A program made the translations under genes and the position numbers. DNA of 64,000 nt, taken from the NCBI GenBank assembly GCA_963713855.1, contig OY970209.1:992001-1056000 (forward strand), in the 5' to 3' direction. The DNA comes from an uncultured bacterium (lineage in GTDB: Bacteria > Babelota > Babeliae > Babelales > Babelaceae). Below are positions 18,151 through 28,230 of the stretch, piece by piece (the first letter of the stretch is position 1; each line of letters starts with the position of its first letter). A model generated the notes under the pieces. The model saw only the letters and a program-made list of their open reading frames with translations, had not been told where the DNA came from and made no database searches.

Positions 18151-21100
18151 ATGAAAATTACTACTTTACTCAGTGTAGTATTATCGCTTATGGCGAGTGT
18201 GCAATCTCTAGCTATGTGTTCCTTGCAGTCAGGTACTTCATATAATGAGTCTCCCGGTTCTTTTGGTCCCCAATCAGTGGCATTTTCTCTCAATGGCTTA
18301 TATTGCGCTACTGCTAATTACGACACAGATAATGTAACACTATTTCGGGTTGGGTCAGGAGGTACATTAAGCGGGGGAACTTTATATGCTTTACCTGTTG
18401 GTTCTAGGGGACCTCTCTCAGTGGCTTTTTCGCCTTCAGATAATTATTTAGCAAGTTCTAATGCTACAAATGATGTGACGATATTTACTGTAGGAATAGG
18501 AGGCGCATTAAGTGGAGGAGCGTCCTATTCTTTACCCGCCGCTTCTACAGGTCCTAACTCGGTAGCGTTTTCACCAAATGGCTCTTATCTTGCTACAGCC
18601 AATTCGACCTCAAACAATGTAACAATATTTACTGTAGGAACAGGAGGCGCATTGAGCGGAGGTACCTCATATCCTTTACCCGCTGGTTCTACGGGTCCCG
18701 CATCAGTAGCATTTTCACCAAACGGCTCTTATCTTGTAGTTGCTAATTCTGGTGGTTCGAATAATGTAACAGTATTTACAGTTGGTGCAGGTGGAGCTTT
18801 AAACGGAGGAGTGTCATACGCTTTGCCTGCCGGTTCTACATGGCCCATTTCAGCAGTATTTTCACCCAATGGCGCCTATGTAGCTACCGCTAATTATTTC
18901 TCTAGCAATGTAACAATATTTACTGTAGGAGCAGGAGGAGTTTTAAGTGGAGGAACATCGTACCCTTTACCAGCAGGTTCTTCTGTTCCTTTTTCAGCAG
19001 CTTTTTCACCCTCGGGTTCTTATCTAGCTATTGCTAATAACAGCTCCAATGATGTAACAATATTTTCCGTAGGGGCGGGAGGAGTACTCAGCGCAGGAAC
19101 GTCGTATGCTTTACCTGCTGGTTCTCTAACCCCGTGGTCAATAGCATTTTCACCTTCGGGTTCTCATCTAGCTACCGCTAATTATAATTCGAACAGTGTA
19201 ACAACATTTGCTGTAGGCGCCGGGGGAGTTTTAAGCGGAGGCACATCATATGCTTTACCAGCTCCTGGTGTGCAACCTTCTGCAGTAGCTTTCTCGCCTT
19301 CGGGTTCTTATGTAGCTACCACTAACAGCAGTTCAAATAATGTAACAATATTCGCCGTAGAGGTAGGGGGAATTTTAAGCAGGGGAGCATCATATACTTT
19401 ACCTTCTGGTTCTACCGGTCCTGGGTCAATAGCATTTTCTCCATCAGGATCTTATCTAGCTACTGCTAACTATTCCTCGAGTAATGTAACAATATTTACC
19501 GTAGGCGCAGGAGGAGTATTAAGTGGAGGAACTTCATATGCTTTACCGGCAGGTGCTAGCAGCCCTACCGCGGTAGCCTTCTCGCCAAGTGGATCTTATC
19601 TAGCTACTGTTAATTTGTCATCAACTAATATTACAATATTTACGGTGGGCGCAGGGGGAGCCTTAAGTGGAGGAACTTCGTACGCGTTACCGGCAGGTTC
19701 GAGCTATCCTGAATCTGTAATGTTTTCCCCCTCCGGTAACTATGTGGCTGTAGCTAACCTCACTTCAAATAACGTATCAGTATTTACGGTAGGGGCAGGA
19801 GGAATTTTAAGCGGGGGAACATCATACGCTTTACCTTCTGGTTCCACAGGTCCTTGGACAGTAGCATTCTCGCCATCGGGCAATTATCTAGCTACCGCTA
19901 ATTATTACTCGCATGATATCACGGTATTTACGGTTGGGGCAGGAGGAGCCTTAAATGGCGGAATATCTTATCCTTTTAATGGTAACGCTCAATCACTAGC
20001 GTTTTCGCCATCAGGTAGTTATCTAGCTACCGCTGAAAGTGGCTATATTACCATATTTACGGTGCAAGCAGGTGGAGCATTAAGTGGGGGAATGACATAC
20101 GCTTCACCGCAGGGCGTGGTCGGAAATGGTGCATCAGGATTAGCATTTTCACCATCAGGCACATACTTGGCAGCGGCTAGCTACGGCGTGTCCGGTGTCA
20201 CTTTATTTACAGTAGAATCAGGAGGAAATTTAACTAGCAATACAAGTTTCTCAGGAGTATTTTCGCCATCAGGTGCTTACTTAGCTACTATCGATAGCAG
20301 CTCAAATAGTGTGACAATGTTTAAGGTAGGGGCAGGAGGAGCTTTGAGCTCCGATATTGTGTATGCTTTGCCCGCTGGTTCTGGCAATCCCTACTCAATA
20401 GGGTTCTCGCCGTCAGGCGCATATGTTGCTACAGCTAATTATGATTCCAATGATGTTACAGTCTTTAATGTTGGACCAGATGGAGACTTAAGTGCTGGCA
20501 CATCTTACTCTTTACCTGCTGGATCTACTAATCCTCGCTCACTAGCATTCTCGCCATCTGGCAAGTATTTAGCGACTGCTAATGTTGGTTCAAATAATGT
20601 AACCATATTCACCGTAGGAGCGCAAGGAGCCTTAAGTGGAGGCTCTTCATACGCCTTATCAGCTGGCACCGCTAATCCTGTATCAATAGTATTCTCGCCT
20701 TCTGGTAACTATCTAGCTGTTAGTGACGCTACTACCGATACTGTAACAGTGTTTACCGTAGGAACTGGCGGTTCTTTAACTGGAGGCACTTCATATGCTT
20801 TACCCGCTGGGTCTACATATCCAGTCTTTGTGGCATTCTCACCTTCAGGTACCTATTTAGCCACCGTTAACAATACTTCTAATGATGTAACAGTATTTAC
20901 GGTTGACACTGCGGGAGCTTTAAGTGGAGGTATATCCTATGCCTTACCTGCTGGTTCAACTAATCCTCAATCACTGGCATTTTCGCCTTCTGGCGCGTAT
21001 TTGACTGTTGCTAATGAGGGTTCGAATACAGTGACAGTGTTTTCTGTGGGGACAGGCGGAGTCTTAAGTGCTGGTATTTCGTACGCACTACCTACTGGAT

Positions 21101-22413
21101 CCATAAATCCTTACGGTATAGTATTTTCGCCTTCTGGACAATATGTTGCTACTATTAATAGCCCTTCAAACGATATAACCGTTTTTACTGCTGCAAGCTG
21201 CTTTGCAAGCCTTGCCAACCCTGGAATCTCTTATTCCTTACCTTCAGGCTCTCAAAAACCTGATTCGGTGGCATTTTCGTCAAATGGCGTGTACCTTGCG
21301 ACGGCAAATTATAAGACAAGCGATGTAACTTTTTATTCAACAAATTTAGGAAGCGCTTTGAATGGTGGAATTTCCTACTCGCTGCCATCGGGATCATTGT
21401 TTCCTTCTGATGTTGCTTTTTCTTTTGATACCTCGTATCTCGCTACCTCTAATAGCGGGTCGAATGATGTTACCTTATTTAAAATAGCGACAGGACAATT
21501 AATGAGCGGAACGTCATATGCTTTACCTGCTAACTCAGCGGACCCTAGTGCACTCAGTTTCTCTCCCAATGATGGTTATCTTGCGGTAACTAACAGCAAC
21601 TCAAACGATGTGACTATATTTAAAATAACAGCAGGTGCATTAACCGGAGAGATTTCCTATGCATTGCCGGCAGGATCATTAGCTCCTGTCTCAGTAGCTT
21701 TTGCGCCGGATGGCTCATATCTTGCTACAGCAAATGTTGGTTCGAATGATGTAACACTCTTTCAGGTGACGGGGGGTATACTAAGTGGAGGGGCTTCTCA
21801 GAATTTACCAAGCAGCTCCAACAGGCCACGTTCAGTAGTCTTTTTACCATCTGCCAGTGGTGGACTTCTTATTGCCACTGCTAATAGTGATTCGAATGAT
21901 GTTACGATCTTCCCTATCAACGCTGGTCTATTGAGTGCGGGACAATCATATCCTTTGCCCCTAGACGCCGTTAACCCACACTCTCTTGCCTCTTCATCGA
22001 CAGGTGCATACCTTGCTACTGCCAATACGGGTTCGAATAGTATTACTCTCTTTGCTATTAATGGCGATATGTTAGATCTGGGCACTTCTTATGCTTTGCC
22101 TATGCAGTCTGATGATGACGTAGCAGTAGCCTTTTCACCGATTGTTTCAAGTAATGGAGCCACGGTACTCGCAACGGCAAATAGCGCATCAAATGATGTA
22201 TCGGTTTTTCCTCTTCTTGGTTCCGGGACTGGAGACGGTGGTAGTTTACCGTTAGACGTTATTATAGGAACAACGGTGGGAATACCGGTAGGTCTTGCGG
22301 TTTTAGCGATAGGAACAAGCATAGTTGGTTTCTTTGTATATAAGTACGTGCGCCGGTATCGGCCAGCAGGCAATGTTAATTTTACTGGTGCAGAATCATC
22401 CCAAACTCTCTAA
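18151..22413 (+). CDS. Surface beta-propeller repeat protein (28 repeats) with signal peptide and C-terminal TM anchor
   Basis: AAGGAG RBS; about 48 aa repeats GGTSYALPAGSxxPxSVAFSPSGSYLATANxxSNNVTIFTVGAGGxLS; tail GDGGS-TM-YKYVRRYR. Confidence 0.9.
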   Translation: MKITTLLSVVLSLMASVQSLAMCSLQSGTSYNESPGSFGPQSVAFSLNGLYCATANYDTDNVTLFRVGSGGTLSGGTLYALPVGSRGPLSVAFSPSDNYLASSNATNDVTIFTVGIGGALSGGASYSLPAASTGPNSVAFSPNGSYLATANSTSNNVTIFTVGTGGALSGGTSYPLPAGSTGPASVAFSPNGSYLVVANSGGSNNVTVFTVGAGGALNGGVSYALPAGSTWPISAVFSPNGAYVATANYFSSNVTIFTVGAGGVLSGGTSYPLPAGSSVPFSAAFSPSGSYLAIANNSSNDVTIFSVGAGGVLSAGTSYALPAGSLTPWSIAFSPSGSHLATANYNSNSVTTFAVGAGGVLSGGTSYALPAPGVQPSAVAFSPSGSYVATTNSSSNNVTIFAVEVGGILSRGASYTLPSGSTGPGSIAFSPSGSYLATANYSSSNVTIFTVGAGGVLSGGTSYALPAGASSPTAVAFSPSGSYLATVNLSSTNITIFTVGAGGALSGGTSYALPAGSSYPESVMFSPSGNYVAVANLTSNNVSVFTVGAGGILSGGTSYALPSGSTGPWTVAFSPSGNYLATANYYSHDITVFTVGAGGALNGGISYPFNGNAQSLAFSPSGSYLATAESGYITIFTVQAGGALSGGMTYASPQGVVGNGASGLAFSPSGTYLAAASYGVSGVTLFTVESGGNLTSNTSFSGVFSPSGAYLATIDSSSNSVTMFKVGAGGALSSDIVYALPAGSGNPYSIGFSPSGAYVATANYDSNDVTVFNVGPDGDLSAGTSYSLPAGSTNPRSLAFSPSGKYLATANVGSNNVTIFTVGAQGALSGGSSYALSAGTANPVSIVFSPSGNYLAVSDATTDTVTVFTVGTGGSLTGGTSYALPAGSTYPVFVAFSPSGTYLATVNNTSNDVTVFTVDTAGALSGGISYALPAGSTNPQSLAFSPSGAYLTVANEGSNTVTVFSVGTGGVLSAGISYALPTGSINPYGIVFSPSGQYVATINSPSNDITVFTAASCFASLANPGISYSLPSGSQKPDSVAFSSNGVYLATANYKTSDVTFYSTNLGSALNGGISYSLPSGSLFPSDVAFSFDTSYLATSNSGSNDVTLFKIATGQLMSGTSYALPANSADPSALSFSPNDGYLAVTNSNSNDVTIFKITAGALTGEISYALPAGSLAPVSVAFAPDGSYLATANVGSNDVTLFQVTGGILSGGASQNLPSSSNRPRSVVFLPSASGGLLIATANSDSNDVTIFPINAGLLSAGQSYPLPLDAVNPHSLASSSTGAYLATANTGSNSITLFAINGDMLDLGTSYALPMQSDDDVAVAFSPIVSSNGATVLATANSASNDVSVFPLLGSGTGDGGSLPLDVIIGTTVGIPVGLAVLAIGTSIVGFFVYKYVRRYRPAGNVNFTGAESSQTL

Positions 22414-22643
22414 AACCCTTACATATATATCAACGCATAATGATCTAAAGTGCTATACTGCCCTTATGTCCACTATAAGACAGTTTGTCCAGGCAAGGTG
22501 ACTGACCCTTGACCTCAGGCAAAAACATATTTATGTGCGCAAGATCTTTGCTTTGATGGGACGTTTGCTCAATATGAAGAATATGTTATAATAGACGCGG
22601 GTAAAAGCCTTTAAAGATGTATAGTCTTAAAAAGGTTGAGCCC

Positions 22644-23174
22644 ATGTTTTTGTTGTATGAAAAAGTGGTATACGCGGGGCATGGCGTAGCACAAATAACG
22701 CGTATTATTGAAAAAGTAGTTGGTGGCTACAAAAAAAGCTATTACGAACTACGTTTTCTTAATAAAGATATGACCGTGCTTGTACCAATTGAAAATATTG
22801 AAACGGTTCCTATTAGGCCTTTGAGTTCACCTGAAAATGTATCTACTGCTCTTCAGGTCTTAGCTCAACCAGCTCGCAAATTAAATGCGTACGAATTTAC
22901 GGCAAGCAGCTGGAATAAAAGAAATAAAGAGTATCAAACAAAATTAAGAGCTGGAGGATTGAGGGAATTGTCTGAGATTTACCGCGACCTCAAATGCATT
23001 GAATTGCAAAAGGAACTCTCATTTGGCGAAAAAAGCCTTCTAGGTCAAATAGAGACCTTACTTGTTGAAGAAATCTCTCTGGTTGAAAAAGTCGAGCATG
23101 AGGTGGCTTTAGGACAGTTGAGATCGTTATGCTCTTTACAAGCAAAGACACAACGCGCTAACGAGCTTGTCTGA
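22644..23174 (+). CDS. carD: CarD/CdnL family transcription factor
   Basis: EKVVYAGHGVAQI, VLVP, WNKRNKEY, LSFGEK; likely start MFLLYEK at 22644. Confidence 0.85.
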   Translation: MFLLYEKVVYAGHGVAQITRIIEKVVGGYKKSYYELRFLNKDMTVLVPIENIETVPIRPLSSPENVSTALQVLAQPARKLNAYEFTASSWNKRNKEYQTKLRAGGLRELSEIYRDLKCIELQKELSFGEKSLLGQIETLLVEEISLVEKVEHEVALGQLRSLCSLQAKTQRANELV

Positions 23175-23189
23175 AAAATTTTTTAGTGA

Positions 23190-23218
23190 GCTGCTGAGCT
23201 GTAAAAAGGCTCAGCAGC
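23190..23218 (+). terminator. Hairpin between carD and miaA (no U-tract)
   Basis: GCTGCTGAGC-N9-GCTCAGCAGC perfect inverted repeat. Confidence 0.45.
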
Positions 23219-23236
23219 AATGTAGGCAGACACACG

Positions 23237-24157
23237 ATGGATTTTATTATTCTTTACGGTCCGACAGGGGTTGGTAAGACCGATCTTGCTTTAGAGCTTG
23301 GAAAACATATTCCCATTGAGATCATTAATGCTGACGTGGGACAGCTTTACGAACCTCTCACCATTGGAACTGCAAAACCAGCATGGCGAGAACAATCCAT
23401 TGCCCATCACTTATTTGACGTTATTACCGAACCAATTGACTATAACGCACATACGTACCGGTCAGAGTGTTTAAAGCGTATCGGCGAAATTAAGGAGAGG
23501 AAAGCCTTGCCCTGCATAGTAGGTGGCACCGGGTTTTATATAAAATCGCTTTTTTTTCCTGTTTTAGAGACATGCAAGACTTTTTCTTTACCCGAAGAGC
23601 ACGAAATGAGTTGGCAAGCTTTAGCTGCAATTGACCCCGAAAGGGCGGCAGCAATACACCCAAATGATAAGTATCGTATTGAGCGCGCCCTTATTCTCTG
23701 GTACAGTAAAGGTATAGTTCCCTCAAAGGTAAGACCTAAATTTGAGCTTTTGGGTAACTGTTTGTTCATCTACCTTGACAGGGATACCAAAAATCTAAAA
23801 ATTAGAATTAGCAACCGGACGAAAGATATGTTGCAGCAAGGGTGGATTGATGAGGTAAGGAATGTTTCTTCACCGTGGAAGAGCTTTTTAAAGCTAAAGG
23901 GTTTAATGGGTTATCGGGACATTGTGCGCTATCTTGAAAACGATTCTACTGACGTATCAAAGCTTGCGCATGTCATCGAAAAGCAGACATGGGCATACGC
24001 TCGCCGTCAAAGAATTTTTTGGCGCTCTTTAAAAAAATCGTTGTCTGAAGCTCAAGAGAGTATACGTACGGAGGAAATAGATTTGAGTATAGAAAATGTG
24101 CAAGAAGCTGCGCATAGGCTAATTGGTGTTCTTGGCTCTTCTTATAAGGAGCATTAA
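23237..24157 (+). CDS. miaA: tRNA dimethylallyltransferase
   Basis: GPTGVGKT, EIINAD, IGTAKP, HHL, VGGTGFY, IHPND, YARRQ. Confidence 0.93.
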   Translation: MDFIILYGPTGVGKTDLALELGKHIPIEIINADVGQLYEPLTIGTAKPAWREQSIAHHLFDVITEPIDYNAHTYRSECLKRIGEIKERKALPCIVGGTGFYIKSLFFPVLETCKTFSLPEEHEMSWQALAAIDPERAAAIHPNDKYRIERALILWYSKGIVPSKVRPKFELLGNCLFIYLDRDTKNLKIRISNRTKDMLQQGWIDEVRNVSSPWKSFLKLKGLMGYRDIVRYLENDSTDVSKLAHVIEKQTWAYARRQRIFWRSLKKSLSEAQESIRTEEIDLSIENVQEAAHRLIGVLGSSYKEH

Positions 24158-24160
24158 AGT

Positions 24161-24400
24161 ATGGCACTAAAAGAAGAAGAATCAAATCTTGTGCTTACGT
24201 CTCGGGAGCTTGGAAAAATTATTGCCCTTACTCTTGTTGTAATGCTCTCTGTTTTTATAGCTGGCTATTATTTGGGCAAGAAGGGACATAGTGAAGAATT
24301 ATCAGAATTCGTAAAAAGAGATGCATTTGCAGATCAAATATATTCTTCATTATATGCTTTATATGGGACCGCTTCCCGCGTTAATGAAGATGAGGAATAA
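24161..24400 (+). CDS. Small single-pass membrane protein
   Basis: AAGGAG upstream; TM segment IIALTLVVMLSVFIAGYYLG; tightly packed in the operon. Confidence 0.7.
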   Translation: MALKEEESNLVLTSRELGKIIALTLVVMLSVFIAGYYLGKKGHSEELSEFVKRDAFADQIYSSLYALYGTASRVNEDEE

Positions 24401-24421
24401 GACCAATAGGAATGGGTACAC

Positions 24422-25930
24422 ATGATTGGAACGATACGTAGACATTTTAGTAAAAAAGCCCTCAATATCATTGTGGGAGTAACGATAATCTCGATGTCCG
24501 GGATTACTTTTATAGTTTCACATTTCTTGCAACGCACTCCAGCAAAAGGGAGCATAGCCACCATTGATGGCTACGAAGTCGGTAGAAGCGAATTTTCTCG
24601 TAGAGTTGCCCAGGAGCAACAGAGGGAGAGCTTTTTGCGACAACTAACACCTAATCCGGAAGTGTTTTTCAAAGCATATGGGTTAAAGGAATCAGCTGAA
24701 GAAAGAGCGCTTGATGCTTTAGTGCAGCAAAAAGTTCTTGTGTCATTTGCTGATTCGATGGGCCTTGTTTTATCACCCGATTATATTTCCGAGAAATTGT
24801 CTGATCCTCAAACTGCGTCAAATTTGTTAGGAGATTTTATTCCTGCTCAAGCAGTTACTCAGGAAGGCATTAACTATAAAGATCTGCTTAAAATGCTTCA
24901 AAAAGTGGGTGTTACTGGGCGTTGTTTAGAAGAGATTGTTGAAGAGCGCCTTAAAGGTGAGTTTGTTAATACTATCGCAAGTTCAAGTGCTTATGTTCCT
25001 CAGGATGCGGTGAGAGATGAATTTGATCGAACATATCGCCCGCGGCAGTTTTCTGTCATTAAGCTTTCATTAGATCCGTACCTTAAAGTCGCTGAGGCAC
25101 AAAAGCCAACGGATGAAGAGCTTAAAAGGGCATTTGAGGAAGGCAATAAGCGTGCTCATCGTTATTGGAAGCCCGAACAGAGAACGGGTAAAGTCTGGAC
25201 CTTTAATCACCCTGCTGAAGATTTTGTCGCACGAGCTGACGTAGCCATCAAGGAGGGTGGTGCCGCGCTCGAGGAATTTATTAAAAAGCTGGATGGTGCC
25301 GTAAGCACTATCGGGCCTACAGAGCGTAAAAATGAGTTGCTTGTGCGTAAGTTGTATGGTGTAAAAGAGGGCGATTCGGTAGCTTTTACTTCTGCTTCCG
25401 GTGAACCGAATAGCCGCGGCTTTATTGTTGAGGTGACTAAAGTGGAGCCTTCTGTGGAGCGCACTTTTGAAGAAACTAAGAGTAGTGTGGAAAAAGATTA
25501 CCAGTTAGCTACTGCTGCAGAAAAGCTTTCCCACGACCTCGATGAATTGAAAGTTATGGATCAAGCGACATTGGATGCTTGGGTTCGTGACCATCAAGCA
25601 AAGACCCTTACAACTGATTTTGTGACCTCTGATGATCCTCAAAAATGGCAATCTCTCGAAAAGGAGGGTTTAAGTTCCCAAGAAATTACACAACTTTTTA
25701 GCATGGATGCACTATCAGATAAAAAAACGATCCTTAACCCAACCAATGGATATCTAGTGCAGCTCTTGTCTTGGGGACAGGCTGATGATAAAAAGTGGAC
25801 CGAAAAAAAGGCTGAAATTTTTGATCGTTTGATGGACCAAGAAGAAGCTCGAGTGGCAAGTGGCTTTGTTGCTTCTTTAGAGAAAAATGCTAAAATTAAG
25901 AGTAATCAACCTCTCTTTAATCGTCGTTAA
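24422..25930 (+). CDS. SurA N-terminal domain / PpiD-like membrane-anchored periplasmic chaperone
   Basis: N-terminal TM, IATIDGYEV, ALDALVQQKVL..ADSMGL, RTFEETK: PpiD architecture with a degenerate PPIase region. Confidence 0.7.
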   Translation: MIGTIRRHFSKKALNIIVGVTIISMSGITFIVSHFLQRTPAKGSIATIDGYEVGRSEFSRRVAQEQQRESFLRQLTPNPEVFFKAYGLKESAEERALDALVQQKVLVSFADSMGLVLSPDYISEKLSDPQTASNLLGDFIPAQAVTQEGINYKDLLKMLQKVGVTGRCLEEIVEERLKGEFVNTIASSSAYVPQDAVRDEFDRTYRPRQFSVIKLSLDPYLKVAEAQKPTDEELKRAFEEGNKRAHRYWKPEQRTGKVWTFNHPAEDFVARADVAIKEGGAALEEFIKKLDGAVSTIGPTERKNELLVRKLYGVKEGDSVAFTSASGEPNSRGFIVEVTKVEPSVERTFEETKSSVEKDYQLATAAEKLSHDLDELKVMDQATLDAWVRDHQAKTLTTDFVTSDDPQKWQSLEKEGLSSQEITQLFSMDALSDKKTILNPTNGYLVQLLSWGQADDKKWTEKKAEIFDRLMDQEEARVASGFVASLEKNAKIKSNQPLFNRR

Positions 25931-25946
25931 AAAGTGAGCAATAAGC

Positions 25947-26999
25947 GTGAGTGAAAAAGTAGTAAAAGATACGGAGTTAAGCTCCAAGCAAAAGGCTCTT
26001 GAAGTTGTCTTTTCCCAGATAGATAAAGCGTACGGCAAAGGCTCTGTGATGCTTCTCGGGCAGAACTCGGCCACCCAAATAGAAACTGTTTCTACAGGCT
26101 CTCTCCTTATTAATAGTGCTATTGGTGCGGGCGGATTTCCCCGTGGGCGCGTTACGGAAGTGTATGGACCAGAAGCGTCTGGTAAGACTACATTGGCGCT
26201 CCATGCGATTGCAGAGTGCCAGCGGTCGGGAGGAATTTGTGCTTTTATTGATGCGGAGCATGCTCTTGATCCTGTATATTCAAGTAAGCTTGGCATCAAT
26301 ATCAACGATCTTATTATTTCTCAGCCCGATTATGGCGAACAGGCTTTGGATATAGCCGAGATGCTTATTCGCTCTGGTGCTGTAGATCTCATCGTTATCG
26401 ACTCTGTTGCAGCGCTTGTTCCTAAAGCTGAGTTAGAAGGCGATATGGGAGATCACCATGTCGGCCTTCAGGCACGTCTTATGTCGCAAGCTTTAAGAAA
26501 ATTGACTCCTGTGGTTCACAAATCAAAAACGGTTCTTATCTTTATTAACCAGATACGGCAAAACATTAACGCAATGGCATTTGCCAATAAAGAGGTAACA
26601 ACGGGTGGTAATGCCCTTAAGTTTTATGCTTCTTTAAGGATAGAGGTAAGGCGGATTGAAAGTCTTAAAGATAAAGATGGTGGTCACAAAGGTAATCGAG
26701 TTCGTATCAAGATTGCTAAAAATAAGATGGCTCCTCCTTTTAAATGTGTTGAGGTAGACCTTTTATTTGGCGAAGGCGTGAGTAAAGAGTATGATGTCTT
26801 AGATGCTGCCTTAACGAGTGGAATTATTACGCAATCTGGGTCATGGTTTTCATTTAATGGTGAAAAGATTGCACAGGGACGAGATCAAGTTGCACATACG
26901 CTTAAAGGGGACGCAAAATTCATGGCGGACGTCAGGCAGCGTGTACTTGAGGCTCTAAAAAATAATGTCAAAATTGATCAGCTTGTACGCGAAGAGTAA
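25947..26999 (+). CDS. recA: Recombinase A
   Basis: GPEASGKTT, FIDAEHALD, VIDSVAALVPKAE, GGNALKFYAS. Confidence 0.98.
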   Translation: MSEKVVKDTELSSKQKALEVVFSQIDKAYGKGSVMLLGQNSATQIETVSTGSLLINSAIGAGGFPRGRVTEVYGPEASGKTTLALHAIAECQRSGGICAFIDAEHALDPVYSSKLGININDLIISQPDYGEQALDIAEMLIRSGAVDLIVIDSVAALVPKAELEGDMGDHHVGLQARLMSQALRKLTPVVHKSKTVLIFINQIRQNINAMAFANKEVTTGGNALKFYASLRIEVRRIESLKDKDGGHKGNRVRIKIAKNKMAPPFKCVEVDLLFGEGVSKEYDVLDAALTSGIITQSGSWFSFNGEKIAQGRDQVAHTLKGDAKFMADVRQRVLEALKNNVKIDQLVREE

Positions 27000-27005
27000 A
27001 AAGAA

Positions 27006-27572
27006 ATGACGTTATCTAAAACAAAACCAAATGAACCGGGTCCTTTTATTAATGAAAGGATCAGATATGAAAAACTTCAGCTTATTATGTCTGATGGTAA
27101 GAATGAAGGCGTCGTGACGCGAGACTTTGCGTTACGTGCCGCACGTGAAGCTGGCTTAGATTTAGTAATTATTGCCGAAAGTGGTAAGGACGGTATTCCC
27201 GTCGCAAAAATTATGGACTACGGTAAGGCGGTGTATGCTAAAAGGAAGCAAGTCGCTGATGCTCGCAAAAAGCAACACGTTATCCAGATTAAAGAACTGA
27301 AAATTCGTCCTAAGATTGGCGAGCACGATTTTCAAACGAAAATGAATCAGGCTCTGGGCTTTCTTAAAGAAGGTAAAAGGGTTAAATTTACGCTAGTCTT
27401 TAGGGGTCGTGAGAATGCTATGAAACAGGAACACAGTGCGGTTCTGTTTGACAAAATTTACCAGGTCTTAACGAATTCCGATGTTGCAGCATTGCTCATT
27501 CAAGAAAAATCTGAAAGAGAAGGTCCTGGCGATGGTATGCTCTACAGGGTATATTACTTAAAAAATAAATGA
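27006..27572 (+). CDS. infC: Translation initiation factor IF-3
   Basis: INERIR, GLDLV, AKIMDYGK, KELKIRPKIGEHD, FRGRE. Confidence 0.95.
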   Translation: MTLSKTKPNEPGPFINERIRYEKLQLIMSDGKNEGVVTRDFALRAAREAGLDLVIIAESGKDGIPVAKIMDYGKAVYAKRKQVADARKKQHVIQIKELKIRPKIGEHDFQTKMNQALGFLKEGKRVKFTLVFRGRENAMKQEHSAVLFDKIYQVLTNSDVAALLIQEKSEREGPGDGMLYRVYYLKNK

Positions 27573-27582
27573 GGGGGATTAA

Positions 27583-27777
27583 ATGCCTAAAGTCAAAACC
27601 CATTCTGGGGCAAAAAAAAGACTAAAAAAATTGAAAAGCGGATTGGTTAAAGGTGCTCATGCAGGTCGAAGAAAAAAATTATCGCATAAGACTGCAAAGA
27701 GAAAGCGCTTTTTGCGCACTAAGCTTATGGTTTGTCCCGCAGATCTTGGTCGCGTGCTGCAAGTTTTACCTTATTAA
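27583..27777 (+). CDS. rpmI: 50S ribosomal protein L35
   Basis: MPKVKTHSGAKKR...LPY, located between infC and rplT. Confidence 0.95.
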   Translation: MPKVKTHSGAKKRLKKLKSGLVKGAHAGRRKKLSHKTAKRKRFLRTKLMVCPADLGRVLQVLPY

Positions 27778-27798
27778 TAATGACGACTAGGAACTGAT

Positions 27799-28146
27799 AT
27801 GACTCGAATAAAACGTGGTATCGTTGTAAAAAAGCGCCATAAACGTTTATTAAAACAAACGAAAGGCAATTGGGGACAACGAAAGAATGTTTTCAAGCGC
27901 GCAAAGCAGACATTGATGCGTGCTTTAGCATTTGCTTTTAAAGGCCGCAAGTTAAGAAAGCGTGATGTGCGCTCACTTTTTATTGTCCGTATTAAAGCTG
28001 CGGTACAAGGGCGCGGATTGAAATATAGTACCTTTATACACTCTCTTAAAAAGTCGAATATAGAGCTTAATCGAAAGATGTTGAGCCAATTAGCTGTTTA
28101 TGACCCGGCGGCTTTTGATCGAGTTATTGAGTGCACTAAACAGTAA
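27799..28146 (+). CDS. rplT: 50S ribosomal protein L20
   Basis: MTRIKRG, RKLRKRD, RIKAA, LNRKMLSQLA. Confidence 0.96.
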   Translation: MTRIKRGIVVKKRHKRLLKQTKGNWGQRKNVFKRAKQTLMRALAFAFKGRKLRKRDVRSLFIVRIKAAVQGRGLKYSTFIHSLKKSNIELNRKMLSQLAVYDPAAFDRVIECTKQ

Positions 28147-28230
28147 GATCCTTGACTTTCAAAGGGCGCCATTATTAAAATCAGGGACGTTGGTTTAAAT
28201 GCTTGTGCACGTCTAAAAAGGGAGAAGCTA

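Noticed and set aside
18230..21180. Roughly 144 bp periodic DNA repeats as a CRISPR array or DGR target
   Set aside because: Repeats are in-frame coding units diverged at synonymous sites, with no spacer structure, no cas genes and no reverse transcriptase in the window.
25877..26355. Several overlapping ORFs within recA (and similar ones inside dnaK, rny, deaD and other long genes)
   Set aside because: Antisense or alternate-frame shadows of conserved genes with no independent evidence.
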